Origin: a virus
Lineage: Duplodnaviria > Caudoviricetes
Reading direction: 5' to 3' (one strand)
IMG/VR virus record: IMGVR_UViG_2887863138_000003
Span: 1-64,000 of that record
DNA length: 64,000 bases
Shown here: positions 29,295-37,934 of the stretch, piece after piece
Position numbering within the stretch: position 1 is the stretch's first letter
Layout: the number at the start of each line of letters is the position of its first letter
The notes under the pieces: generated by a model
Database searches by the model: none
Told to the model about the DNA's origin: nothing
Seen by the model: the letters and a program-made list of their open reading frames with translations, nothing else
Program-made: the position numbers and the translations under genes

Positions 29295-30844
29295 TACTCT
29301 TCGCCACCCTCGTCATTAAAAATGGACGAGTCCACCGTCCCGTTTGCGGCTTCTTCGTCCTCCTCAATTCGTGCTATAATCTCGTCAGCTTTTTCGTCGT
29401 CTACTTCGTCCATATACTTAATTGCTGAACGGACATCGAGGGTAGGCTTGCCCCCAGTTCTCAACGACATAGTTTCCGCGATCTCTTTCTCATCACGAGG
29501 TATGCCGTCCTTCCAACGAATAGTTGGGTATGCTGGTGTATACGACTCGAAACCCTCTACGCCGTCATTCGCAAAGTTCTCTAGTATTTGCGATGAGTAC
29601 AACGCGTCACGAAAAGCATGGTCAACGTGAGCTCTTATCCGTTTAACCTTTGATATAATCGGCATAAAACGTGACTTTATCGCCGAGCCATCAGTATGTG
29701 ACGTTCCGGTTCCGCCTTTGTCCTCCGCTAATGTCGTACCGAATAGCCATTGTGGCGTCTCGCTCATCTGGAATACGATGCCTAGTAAAACGTCTAGCTC
29801 TTTAAAGGCGCCGTCTAACTGCGAATCCCATGTCATATATCCGGGCGTGACTTCCGTTTTATCTACGGGGATATAGCGTCCACTGAATCGTACGTCGGGC
29901 TCACCTAAATCGGGCCCGTACGCAGTTGGATCGCTGTGTTTCCACAGGATGTAGTCAATCTGAACCAGCCTATCGTTAATCGCGGCCAGTACCGACTCTA
30001 TCTTTTCAATGCCGCTACTTCCCCGCCAATCGGTATCAGTAGACTTGTACGGAATGTGATAGACGGCCATGTGAGAGAGACCCGTTGCAACAACGTCTTT
30101 CTCGTGTCCTGTACTTACCGTGTCCCCTATGGTGAATGTTTGAATAGGCGCATCATACCGCGTATCTACTGATTTAGGATGTAGCCGGAACCTCTCGTAG
30201 ATTATTGCCCCTGGAACATGGCGTTCGACGTTAAGGTACGGAGTTTGCGTCATCTTCGAGCCCTCTACGATTGACTCTATTAATCCGTTTGTCTCCGTCA
30301 CCCACTCGACCCACGCTATATTAATCGCCTTGAATCGTTTTCGCGACCCTTTCGATAGCTCGGGGAATACGTTCGACGGGTCAACCGCTTCGATAATCGG
30401 TTCAGGTTTCACTTTGATTTCAATACCATCGGGCACTTCAGATAAATCCTGCCGTGGAGCATAGTATGTCTTGATGAACGCGTCTCCCCGAATCCCAGCA
30501 CCGGTAACTATCTCGTGACCCAAAACGTTCAAATCGTTTTCCTCAACAATAGAGGTCAGTCGTTGCTGCTCGATGGAGGAGTCAGGCTTGCCGGATTCAT
30601 ACGAAGGTGGCTCACCGAACATTAAATCGGCCGGCTTCGTTAGCAGTACGTCCATCAAGTTGACCGCGATATAGAGCTTCGATAATTGGGGAGCGTGCGG
30701 CGTATCCTTTAGGATTTCGGTTGCACGTTCGAGTACTTCCGCTTGCTTGCCGTCGAAAATCTTACGGCCTCGATAGTATTTGGACAGGCGTTCAATGTCG
30801 CGTGAAGGTGGGAATTGCGCACCTGTGACGAATAGTTTAGCGAT
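29294..30844 (-). CDS. Portal protein (SPP1 gp6-like), probable ATC start
   Basis: The frame is open 62 codons upstream of the track start, to ATC-GCT-AAA-CTA-TTC located 8 nt after AAAGGAGG; portal-like VYHIPY, YILWKHSDP, TIRWKDGIPRD. Confidence 0.82.
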   Translation of the reverse strand: MAKLFVTGAQFPPSRDIERLSKYYRGRKIFDGKQAEVLERATEILKDTPHAPQLSKLYIAVNLMDVLLTKPADLMFGEPPSYESGKPDSSIEQQRLTSIVEENDLNVLGHEIVTGAGIRGDAFIKTYYAPRQDLSEVPDGIEIKVKPEPIIEAVDPSNVFPELSKGSRKRFKAINIAWVEWVTETNGLIESIVEGSKMTQTPYLNVERHVPGAIIYERFRLHPKSVDTRYDAPIQTFTIGDTVSTGHEKDVVATGLSHMAVYHIPYKSTDTDWRGSSGIEKIESVLAAINDRLVQIDYILWKHSDPTAYGPDLGEPDVRFSGRYIPVDKTEVTPGYMTWDSQLDGAFKELDVLLGIVFQMSETPQWLFGTTLAEDKGGTGTSHTDGSAIKSRFMPIISKVKRIRAHVDHAFRDALYSSQILENFANDGVEGFESYTPAYPTIRWKDGIPRDEKEIAETMSLRTGGKPTLDVRSAIKYMDEVDDEKADEIIARIEEDEEAANGTVDSSIFNDEGGEE

Positions 30845-30860
30845 AAGTCTCGCCTCCTTT

Positions 30861-32561
30861 CTATAGATATGCGGGCTTGTCTGTCACTCGTTTTCTACGC
30901 AGCTTTGCCGCGCCATACGCCATATGCAAGGCATCTGGACCATCATCGTGATTATGATTCGGGTACATTTCGAACATCTCGATAAGCAAACGTTGGTCCC
31001 GCTTAAATCGAATCTTCCCACTCTGAATATCCGGCAACAATGATTCTATTCGGAGTGCTTTACGCATGCGTTGCTTGATCTCCTTCAGCCGTCGATGTGT
31101 GGGGTACCCTTTCCTCCGTAACTCTTCAGCCAGTTTATGTGCAAACCATTCCTGTGCTTGCTGTGCCTCGACCGCGATTCCCTCATACTGAAACTGAAGT
31201 GAACGATTAACAACTTCTTGTAGCAGAATGTCGGGATGTACTCGTTTAAGAAACACATCTAGCACGTAACAAACACCCGTGTCACGATTACGGCCTATTG
31301 TAATAATTGCGGAGTAGTCCCCCTTCTCCTTACCCATCGCGAAGTCAATTCCGCAGTAATAATCTAACGTCAGGCCTTGCATGTCTTCTTCCGTATAGTA
31401 CGTGAATGTTTCGGGATTAAAAATCTGCGACTCCTCATCGACCGGATTGCCGAGGTACTCTTGGTTAAACGCCCGTGCGCCCATTGCCTCCCGCTTCTCC
31501 ATGAAAAACTTATAGGTGTATCGCGGCCATAACGTTTTAGTTCCCTTCAGTAGCTCCGTTTCGTTCTCTTCATAAAAAGAGTCCGCATTCTGTTTTGCAT
31601 TCGGAACATCCTCGTTGTAAAGCTTTCGCCATAATTCCCATAAGTCTTCACGTTCTGACCACGACAAAATTGCAGGAAACTTGCGCGATACGAAGTCTTT
31701 ACGCTTTGTGAGGACGTGGTTAAGCAAACTGTCATAATGTACGATTGTTCCCATGTAAACGCAAAGCCCACCAAAACCAAGTGCTTCTAACATCTCAGAT
31801 CGGAACCAGTGAAGGTTTTTCGCACGCAATTCAGGTGTATTTGTGTTTTCCCCTGATTCCAAGTCGTCGAGCAAGAACAGATCCGGTCGTGTTGCCCCAT
31901 GTCGGAGGCCCCGCATCTGTGTACCCATACCCTTTGCCTCGACCTTTGTTCCCGTTGTCGTCACGAACTCATACTTGTTGTCCGTATCATTCATGGACTT
32001 CTTTTCGTAGAGCAAAATACCGAAGTCCTCACGTAATTTCTGATTAAAGACAAGTTGATTACGCGTCCACTGTATGAAGTCCCCGGCTACGTCAGTCGTT
32101 TCTGAAACCTCAACAATATAGCGTTTGTGCCGGTATGCTACGTTTCTACATAGGAACCCATTTGACAAGTAAGCAGTCTTCGCATGATTTCGTCCAACAG
32201 ACCATGCCACATTTTCCGATACATTACCTCGCGTTATTTCATCGAGTAATTGACATAGCTCACGGTGAAAATCGGCTGCATCCTCATAATCAACTCCTGC
32301 CGGTATGAGGTTATCTTGGTTGCCGGGGTTCCTCGCCTCAGAAAAGTATTCGTACATGAACAGGAGGCTATCGTACTCGCAATCGTGGACACGTTGGAGC
32401 CTAGATAATTCTGAGTCAAGTAGCTCCCATTGATCAACGTCATAATCCGTTAAGTCGCCTACATCAGCCAGCCGCTTATATTGAGCAATGAGTTCGATAC
32501 GACGGTCGATTTCGAGCTGTCGCGCCGGACGATCATGCCATTCACCATTGAGGAACGCCAA
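30861..32561 (-). CDS. terL: Terminase large subunit
   Basis: GRNHAKT Walker A variant, RPDLFLLDDLE Walker B, FNQEYLGNP, GIDFAMG, HDDGPDAL. Confidence 0.92.
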   Translation of the reverse strand: MAFLNGEWHDRPARQLEIDRRIELIAQYKRLADVGDLTDYDVDQWELLDSELSRLQRVHDCEYDSLLFMYEYFSEARNPGNQDNLIPAGVDYEDAADFHRELCQLLDEITRGNVSENVAWSVGRNHAKTAYLSNGFLCRNVAYRHKRYIVEVSETTDVAGDFIQWTRNQLVFNQKLREDFGILLYEKKSMNDTDNKYEFVTTTGTKVEAKGMGTQMRGLRHGATRPDLFLLDDLESGENTNTPELRAKNLHWFRSEMLEALGFGGLCVYMGTIVHYDSLLNHVLTKRKDFVSRKFPAILSWSEREDLWELWRKLYNEDVPNAKQNADSFYEENETELLKGTKTLWPRYTYKFFMEKREAMGARAFNQEYLGNPVDEESQIFNPETFTYYTEEDMQGLTLDYYCGIDFAMGKEKGDYSAIITIGRNRDTGVCYVLDVFLKRVHPDILLQEVVNRSLQFQYEGIAVEAQQAQEWFAHKLAEELRRKGYPTHRRLKEIKQRMRKALRIESLLPDIQSGKIRFKRDQRLLIEMFEMYPNHNHDDGPDALHMAYGAAKLRRKRVTDKPAYL

Positions 32562-33017
32562 TCACTCGTCACCTTCCCTCTTCAACGAGTCCGCACGTTC
32601 CTTCAAACGGGCTAGACGGTCTTCAAGCGACTGAACAGTAGAGCCTTCTTCCGTTTTGACCTCCTGACGATCAATAAGGAGTCCACCAAATTTATAAAAC
32701 AGCTCAATCCCTTTCATTGAACCTTGCCCTTTAAGCGTCATGTCCAGATGTTTCTCCATGATGTGCGGAAGGTGTGACATAAACGCGTCTGCCGATAACT
32801 CATTCGTGTACGCAATAAAGTCACGATTATGATGCCGCCATTTATAAAGAGCACTAATTGAACATTTCGCCTGCTCTGCAATCTCGTCGAGAGTTAAACG
32901 TCCTTGTTCGCCATCATCGGGATTACGCGGTAGGAAGTTGTTAATTGCGAGTAATTGAGCTGCCGTTATTTGCTCACGCGTTAATTTCGCTTCTAATTTA
33001 CGCAAGTCTTTCGCCAT
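32562..33017 (-). CDS. terS: Terminase small subunit (phBC6A51-type HTH)
   Basis: LTLDEIAEQAKCSISALYKWR HTH, directly upstream of terL. Confidence 0.75.
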   Translation of the reverse strand: MAKDLRKLEAKLTREQITAAQLLAINNFLPRNPDDGEQGRLTLDEIAEQAKCSISALYKWRHHNRDFIAYTNELSADAFMSHLPHIMEKHLDMTLKGQGSMKGIELFYKFGGLLIDRQEVKTEEGSTVQSLEDRLARLKERADSLKREGDE

Positions 33018-33148
33018 TTTACCGTTCTCCTTCGTTAAGATACGTTATTATATTCGAAACGTTCACGCTTTCTCGGCCGTTACCGGGGAGTCGCGGCATA
33101 ACTGGCGAAGCTAATCGCCAGCACGGTCGTTCTAACGTCATCAAATGT

Positions 33149-33182
33149 AAAAAGAAGCCACCGATAGGCATCCGGTAGCTTC
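33149..33182 (-). terminator. Intrinsic terminator upstream of terS
   Basis: GAAGCTACCG..CGGTGGCTTC-TTTTT on the minus strand. Confidence 0.6.
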
Positions 33183-33677
33183 CGTTTAAATTCGAGGGGT
33201 ATTCGATTAGACCCGAAGGTTTAAAACTTGTAAGAAAACGCTCGGAACCTGACGGTGAAGGATCGTACACCCGCCTTGGGGGTATCCGTGAAATGCATAA
33301 ACGTTGCATACGGTTGTAACCAAACGTACGTTTGAGTCCGATAATATATGATCCGTAAACACTTGTTCGCATACGTAAACCCCGTCACTATGCGATTTAA
33401 TATGTTAACCATACGTTATAAGATTGACATAATCGGGTGTATATCAATATCTAGTACGAACACGGGTTGAATACGAATACATTTCGAAGAATAACCGTGA
33501 ATACCGTATGCATCCGGGTTGAAGTTTTCGGAAGGGTCACGCGTGGAACGCTCGTGCGGATATTTTCGGGTTAGCATCACGGTTCAATCGGTACGCTTCG
33601 TTTCCGGTAGTCCCCGAGTTCCTTCTATATTATGACGCGGGTTAATGACGGGTAGGAACGTGTACCGATTTGTCCAT

Positions 33678-33869
33678 CTATCCGTCTCCCTTCCGTAGCC
33701 ATAAAGCTATTGTGATAAGTAAGATTAGTCCGCCCAAACACGCCCAATAAGGTAGTGCGAATAGCACACTGATACCCCACGCTAGAAGTACGATTCCTAC
33801 GAGTATTGCCATAAGAACTCCGAGTAACATTAACGCGATCTTAGCGTAGAAATTAGGTCCGAAGAGCAT
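33678..33869 (-). CDS. Small membrane protein
   Basis: RBS AAGGAGG, two TM helices. Confidence 0.7.
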   Translation of the reverse strand: MLFGPNFYAKIALMLLGVLMAILVGIVLLAWGISVLFALPYWACLGGLILLITIALWLRKGDG

Positions 33870-33896
33870 CGTGTATTACCGCCTCCTTTCCGTTAT

Positions 33897-34022
33897 TTAT
33901 CTATATGGCCCGTTACGGAAGCTCCACAAGAACAGGCCGCCTACAAACGCTAAAGCTAACGCGCCTAATCCGACAGGTACTCCGATAATCCACACGGCCC
34001 ACATCGGTAAAGTAAACGTCAT
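33897..34022 (-). CDS. Small membrane protein, 41 aa (not in ORF track)
   Basis: GAGGAGG RBS; MTFTLPMWAVWIIGVPVGLGALALAFVGGLFLWSFRNGPYR. Confidence 0.7.
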   Translation of the reverse strand: MTFTLPMWAVWIIGVPVGLGALALAFVGGLFLWSFRNGPYR

Positions 34023-34278
34023 ACACACGGCCTCCTCTCGTTAATAATTCGTACGTAAAGAGTACTGCTACGGCTCATTCGAGCCTCCGCCCTCAGCGGA
34101 CAAGCCGCCTCGGTATCAATATCTTCTACCGCGTTGTAATTACTTCTATACTTTGTTCGCGATGAGAGATGATAGCGAGGCAACTTGTTTGCCGAAGCTC
34201 GGCGTTAGCCGATTATATTTACGGGATAAGAAAGGGAAATCACGACAAACCGCGCCACTATGCGATTTTCGCTCTCGG

Positions 34279-34324
34279 ATATGTTACGCTGGCATAACAT
34301 ATATGTTACGGTAGCATAACATAT
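34279..34324. repeat. Two overlapping 24-bp palindromes with 22-bp period
   Basis: ATATGTTA-cgctggca-TAACATAT and ATATGTTA-cggtagca-TAACATAT. Confidence 0.85.
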
Positions 34325-34344
34325 TGTTTACGTAATCTAGGCGT

Positions 34345-34905
34345 CTAGGCGCTTTCCTCCTCGTCATTATCCACCGCCGCCTGTTCAAACAACTTCACCG
34401 CCGTAGCCAAAACACTCGTATCCCCACGGTAAATAAAATGCGGATTAAGCATGTAATACTTCTCGCGGCCGATCTTCGTACAGCCCAGCAATCGTTTGTC
34501 CCGCGAACACAGTCCGTCCAGTACGCGTGCAGCTCTTTGACGACTCCACCCCATTAGGTCAGCGACTCTATTAACGTTGAAATAAAACGATTGTTCGTCC
34601 TTTACGTATTGATCGTAGTCAAGAAATATCAGTATCGAAAATAGTAACGACTTCTCATCGTCAGTTAACCGTTTGTTGCGTACTAAGTCACGGTTGTTCG
34701 CGTGAAATACCATCGTGAAGTCGTGTGTTCTATCGAACTTCTTCGGCCTATATGATCGAACGCGCTGGCCGGGCGATACGTCCACGAGCACCTTTTGTGG
34801 CTCGGTTGTTCCGTTGTGAAAGTGGCCCGATTCCACCACGTCAAGAATTTCGCCAGTTGTTACGTCCATAAACCTACCATTACTACTCATCCAATCGCTC
34901 CCCAT
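34345..34905 (-). CDS. RepL-like winged-helix protein
   Basis: NVNRVADLMGWSRQRAARVLDGL HTH and YMLNPHFIYRG, resembling Firmicute RepL C-termini. Confidence 0.6.
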   Translation of the reverse strand: MGSDWMSSNGRFMDVTTGEILDVVESGHFHNGTTEPQKVLVDVSPGQRVRSYRPKKFDRTHDFTMVFHANNRDLVRNKRLTDDEKSLLFSILIFLDYDQYVKDEQSFYFNVNRVADLMGWSRQRAARVLDGLCSRDKRLLGCTKIGREKYYMLNPHFIYRGDTSVLATAVKLFEQAAVDNDEEESA

Positions 34906-35451
34906 TCTCTTTGTAGTTACGCTCCCGTAATGTAAACTTGCGGCCGATAGCGTGGAGCGTTACGCATTAAGAACGGTTCATGACGCCGTTCCTCGACCGC
35001 ATGTAGCGTACGTAAACTAAATAAAGCTCCCGACGGAAAGTACTCGTCAGAAGCTCTCGTTTAATTTACGTTTGAAATCATCACTCTCGAAAACAATATG
35101 TACCTTGCGTCTTATTTCCCGTCTTTAACAATCGCGAATACCTTAACCCTCATCGTCTGTTTCCGATATCTTAATACGAAGGTCCTTTCCGTCTAATTCT
35201 CGCCACTGCGACTCCCGTAATTCTCGAATGTGGTCGGCGTATTTTTACCCAGAAAAGCGAACCCGAATTTATGACGGACTAAGCTACAAAACCCCATCAA
35301 GAAGGGAAGATTTGAGGTAAAAATATTCTAGTACTTATCTTTTCCATTTCCAATAATTGACTCAACCCCAATTAGCTGTTTAAATAAAGGTACTACCCAA
35401 TTGAACTTTTGGTGGGTAATTTTAGATTAAATCTTTTATAAATAAGAAAGG

Positions 35452-36549
35452 GTGTTTTTTTTGAAAAGATATTTTTTAATTTCACTAACCTTGTCAAGTG
35501 TTATATGTAGTTCTTTCTTTTCTCCTAACGCAGTCGTCCATGCAAAGAACAGCGAATATGAGTTACATACTACAAAAAAAGATTTTGAAAGAGCTTTAAA
35601 AAAGAATGGTGTTGCCTTTATAGATACTGAACTAGTTCCACTGGAAACTATAGACAGTTATTATGATAGTGAAGATGAGGGAACGAAGAAGTTACAATCT
35701 TTTAAATCAAATGAAAACCCTTCTTTACACGTTGATGAAAAGCCTACTTCTAAGATTGATTCGTACGGGTTAATTCAAGATGGAGATAAAGAAATACCTG
35801 TTTATATCATAAGTCCAATTGATACGGTAATGCCGAAAAATATGAATAAACAAGATATCATTGAAAAAGTAATTAAAGCTGCTTTAGATAATTATTATGC
35901 TAAAGAGAAGGAAGAGAAGACAGATAATCCCCCTAATAGTCTAGTTCCGTTTGCTATGGGAACCTATGAACCAAAAGCTTCCGCACTTAAAGTAAATCAT
36001 GCTTGGTCTACTAATGATTCTTATTGGTTAACTATGTATAGAGTATATGAAGCTCCACGTTCAGGTTCAAATGTTTATACATTTATGCAAGCTGATCATG
36101 AGTATCTGGGCCCGACTAAAGGGAATAACAGAATTATACCATGGACATTTAAAACTCAATGGATAGCTAGATATGATGGATTGATGCATAAACCACAGCC
36201 TCAGAGCATAAAAGGAGACAGTGACATGTCTATAGCTATTAATAAATATATTACTTTGTCAGCTGATTTCATTTCAGCTTTGACACTGAAACATGAGTTT
36301 TCCATGTCAACTAATCACGCTGTATGGACAATGTACCCCTATAATTTTGCTGCCTTCCGAAAAGGTTTTCAATTCTCACAAGGAGCATACATTGATAAAG
36401 GGGCTGATTGGAATTCTGTTAACCTCCAAGTATGGGATGAATTTTGGCTGACTCATAGTACTGGTTCAAATTCTGCTGACTTACAACATAAATATAATGT
36501 GAAATATTTCTATAAAGACGACAGATTAAGACTTACGACTAAAGAATAA
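35452..36549 (+). CDS. Secreted hypothetical protein (AT-rich moron)
   Basis: Signal peptide ending NAVVHA; 365 aa; opposite strand to the phage core. Confidence 0.75.
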   Translation: MFFLKRYFLISLTLSSVICSSFFSPNAVVHAKNSEYELHTTKKDFERALKKNGVAFIDTELVPLETIDSYYDSEDEGTKKLQSFKSNENPSLHVDEKPTSKIDSYGLIQDGDKEIPVYIISPIDTVMPKNMNKQDIIEKVIKAALDNYYAKEKEEKTDNPPNSLVPFAMGTYEPKASALKVNHAWSTNDSYWLTMYRVYEAPRSGSNVYTFMQADHEYLGPTKGNNRIIPWTFKTQWIARYDGLMHKPQPQSIKGDSDMSIAINKYITLSADFISALTLKHEFSMSTNHAVWTMYPYNFAAFRKGFQFSQGAYIDKGADWNSVNLQVWDEFWLTHSTGSNSADLQHKYNVKYFYKDDRLRLTTKE

Positions 36550-36576
36550 ACCTTTATATTTTTCTGGAGGTAAATT

Positions 36577-36753
36577 TTGAAAATACTTATATTTGTACTA
36601 TGTTTGATGATTTTTACTATTAATTCTTATCTTTATATTTTTGTGAGTAGTTTAGAAAGAAATCATCACTCCACAGAAACCCAAAGCATATTTTATTTAA
36701 TTAATATCGTGCTTCTTTTCTTGGTTGTTCAGACAAATAAAAAATATAAGTAA
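36577..36753 (+). CDS. Small 2-TM protein, 58 aa (not in ORF track), possible immunity partner
   Basis: GGAGG RBS, TTG start, MKILIFVLCLMIFTINSYLYIFV...FYLINIVLLFLVVQTNKKYK*. Confidence 0.65.
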   Translation: MKILIFVLCLMIFTINSYLYIFVSSLERNHHSTETQSIFYLINIVLLFLVVQTNKKYK

Positions 36754-36804
36754 TAGTAAAGTTATATTTTGTGATCGTAAATTCTAGAATATCGAAATGA
36801 CCTT

Positions 36805-36840
36805 AACTGACGACTAATGAATTTAGGCGTCAGTTTTTTA
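36805..36840. terminator. Terminator between the moron operon and the micropeptide cluster
   Basis: AACTGACG-loop-CGTCAGTT-TTTTA. Confidence 0.6.
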
Positions 36841-36974
36841 TTCCATCATCCTACCACTTTCTGCATAGAGGCGGCCTGTTCCTCGTCAATTCCGAATATT
36901 CTAGCGCTCGTAGCCCAAAAGGTCGGATTACCAGCGCCAGCCACGTCCTCAGACGCGGTTGGTCTTTGATACGA

Positions 36975-37013
36975 TTAGTAACCGGGATTGTCCGTCCAAT
37001 CTGGTTCCGTCAT
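36975..37013 (-). CDS. Micropeptide 3, MTEPDWTDNPGY (12 aa)
   Basis: AAAGGAG RBS 8 nt before ATG; paralogous to its two neighbours with synonymous codon differences. Confidence 0.75.
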   Translation of the reverse strand: MTEPDWTDNPGY

Positions 37014-37032
37014 AAATAATACACTCCTTTGT

Positions 37033-37071
37033 TTAATAGCCGGGATCATCGGGCCATTCTGGATCAGTCAT
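37033..37071 (-). CDS. Micropeptide 2, MTDPEWPDDPGY (12 aa)
   Basis: AAGGAGG RBS 9 nt before ATG. Confidence 0.75.
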   Translation of the reverse strand: MTDPEWPDDPGY

Positions 37072-37090
37072 GTCGCGTAGCCTCCTTGTA

Positions 37091-37171
37091 CTAATGGCCG
37101 GGATTATCAACCCAGTTAGGGTCTGTGCAGCATTTCCACTCCGGAAAGCTCTCGAAAACTATCTTCATCAT
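37091..37171 (-). CDS. Micropeptide 1, MMKIVFESFPEWKCCTDPNWVDNPGH (26 aa)
   Basis: AAGGAGGTG RBS; the last 11 residues align with micropeptides 2 and 3. Confidence 0.72.
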   Translation of the reverse strand: MMKIVFESFPEWKCCTDPNWVDNPGH

Positions 37172-37253
37172 ATCCACCTCCTTGCCTACACTTTTCGACA
37201 AGAAGATTTCCGATTCCTTCCAAATATACAAAAAGCCGCCGGTTTTCCGACGA

Positions 37254-37340
37254 CTAATTGCGATTTTTCACGGCTTGTACTAACGCGGCGATCGAGATGA
37301 CCAACGCTACCACCGCGATTACCAATGTAATAGTTTCCAC
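37254..37340 (-). CDS. Small hydrophobic peptide (type I toxin-like), METITLVIAVVALVISIAALVQAVKNRN
   Basis: GGAGG RBS, GTG start, one TM helix with basic tail, followed by a hairpin + T-run. Confidence 0.68.
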   Translation of the reverse strand: METITLVIAVVALVISIAALVQAVKNRN

Positions 37341-37392
37341 GGTTCCAACGCCTCCGTTGACTATCGTACATAATCGAGGGTATGATTGGAAT

Positions 37393-37482
37393 AAGATAAT
37401 GGGGAGGGCAGGGACCCGTTAGGCTCCCATACCCGTCTGTTGACCGACCTCTTACGCCGCTAACGTAAGGGGTCTTTACTTT
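37393..37482 (+). ncRNA. Candidate antitoxin sRNA (~90 nt)
   Basis: TTGACT-18-TATGAT promoter (37357-37386); ends in hairpin GACCTCTTACG..CGTAAGGGGTC-TTT shared with the convergent peptide gene. Confidence 0.5.
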
Positions 37483-37580
37483 AGGTTCCGACCGTTGCTG
37501 TTTCGCCTGCCAATGCGGTAGTTGACTATCGCAGTTGCCAAGTTTACCAGCGCGGTCACCAGAAGCACGACCTCCACCAT
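37476..37580 (-). CDS. Small hydrophobic peptide (type I toxin-like), MVEVVLLVTALVNLATAIVNYRIGRRNSNGRNLK
   Basis: AAGGAGG RBS; TTGTCA-17-TATCCT promoter upstream; TM helix plus basic tail. Confidence 0.7.
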   Translation of the reverse strand: MVEVVLLVTALVNLATAIVNYRIGRRNSNGRNLK

Positions 37581-37685
37581 TACCCGTCCTCCTTCTCATT
37601 TACTGGAAGGTATGGAAATCACACCCTCTACAAGAAGGATAACACGTTCCGTTAAACGTGACAATAACAAATGGAGTTGTTCGCG

Positions 37686-37898
37686 ATGAAAATACATATT
37701 AAACTAGCCGATCTACTCAAAGAACGTGGAATCTCGCAACGAGAACTCGCACGCCTGACGGGTATACGTGTCTCGTCAATCAACGAAATGTGCAACAATG
37801 ATACAGTACGACTACCACTCGATAACCTTGCGAAGATATGCCAAGTGCTTGGCGTTGAGATTACGGATGTGCTCGAACTTATAGATGAACGTCTCTAG
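37686..37898 (+). CDS. XRE/Cro-C1 HTH regulator
   Basis: LADLLKERGISQRELARLTGIRVSSINEMCNN...LAKICQVLGVEITDVL. Confidence 0.88.
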   Translation: MKIHIKLADLLKERGISQRELARLTGIRVSSINEMCNNDTVRLPLDNLAKICQVLGVEITDVLELIDERL

Positions 37899-37934
37899 CA
37901 TGCATAGATACGAAATCCTCCGAAAGTAAACCCC

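Noticed and set aside
33019-33412. Track ORFs upstream of terS
   Set aside because: No RBS, they run through a terminator hairpin, and their composition is non-protein-like
36836-36974. Fourth micropeptide or read-through ORF after peptide 3
   Set aside because: No RBS and no W-x-D-x-P-G motif in the downstream frame
36975-37171. CRISPR array or simple tandem DNA repeat
   Set aside because: Units differ at third codon positions, have unequal spacers containing RBSs, and no cas genes are present; conservation is at the peptide level
37070-37599. Track ORFs 37186..37599 (-) and 37070..37300 (+)
   Set aside because: They lack RBSs and overlap better-supported small genes with strong RBSs in other frames
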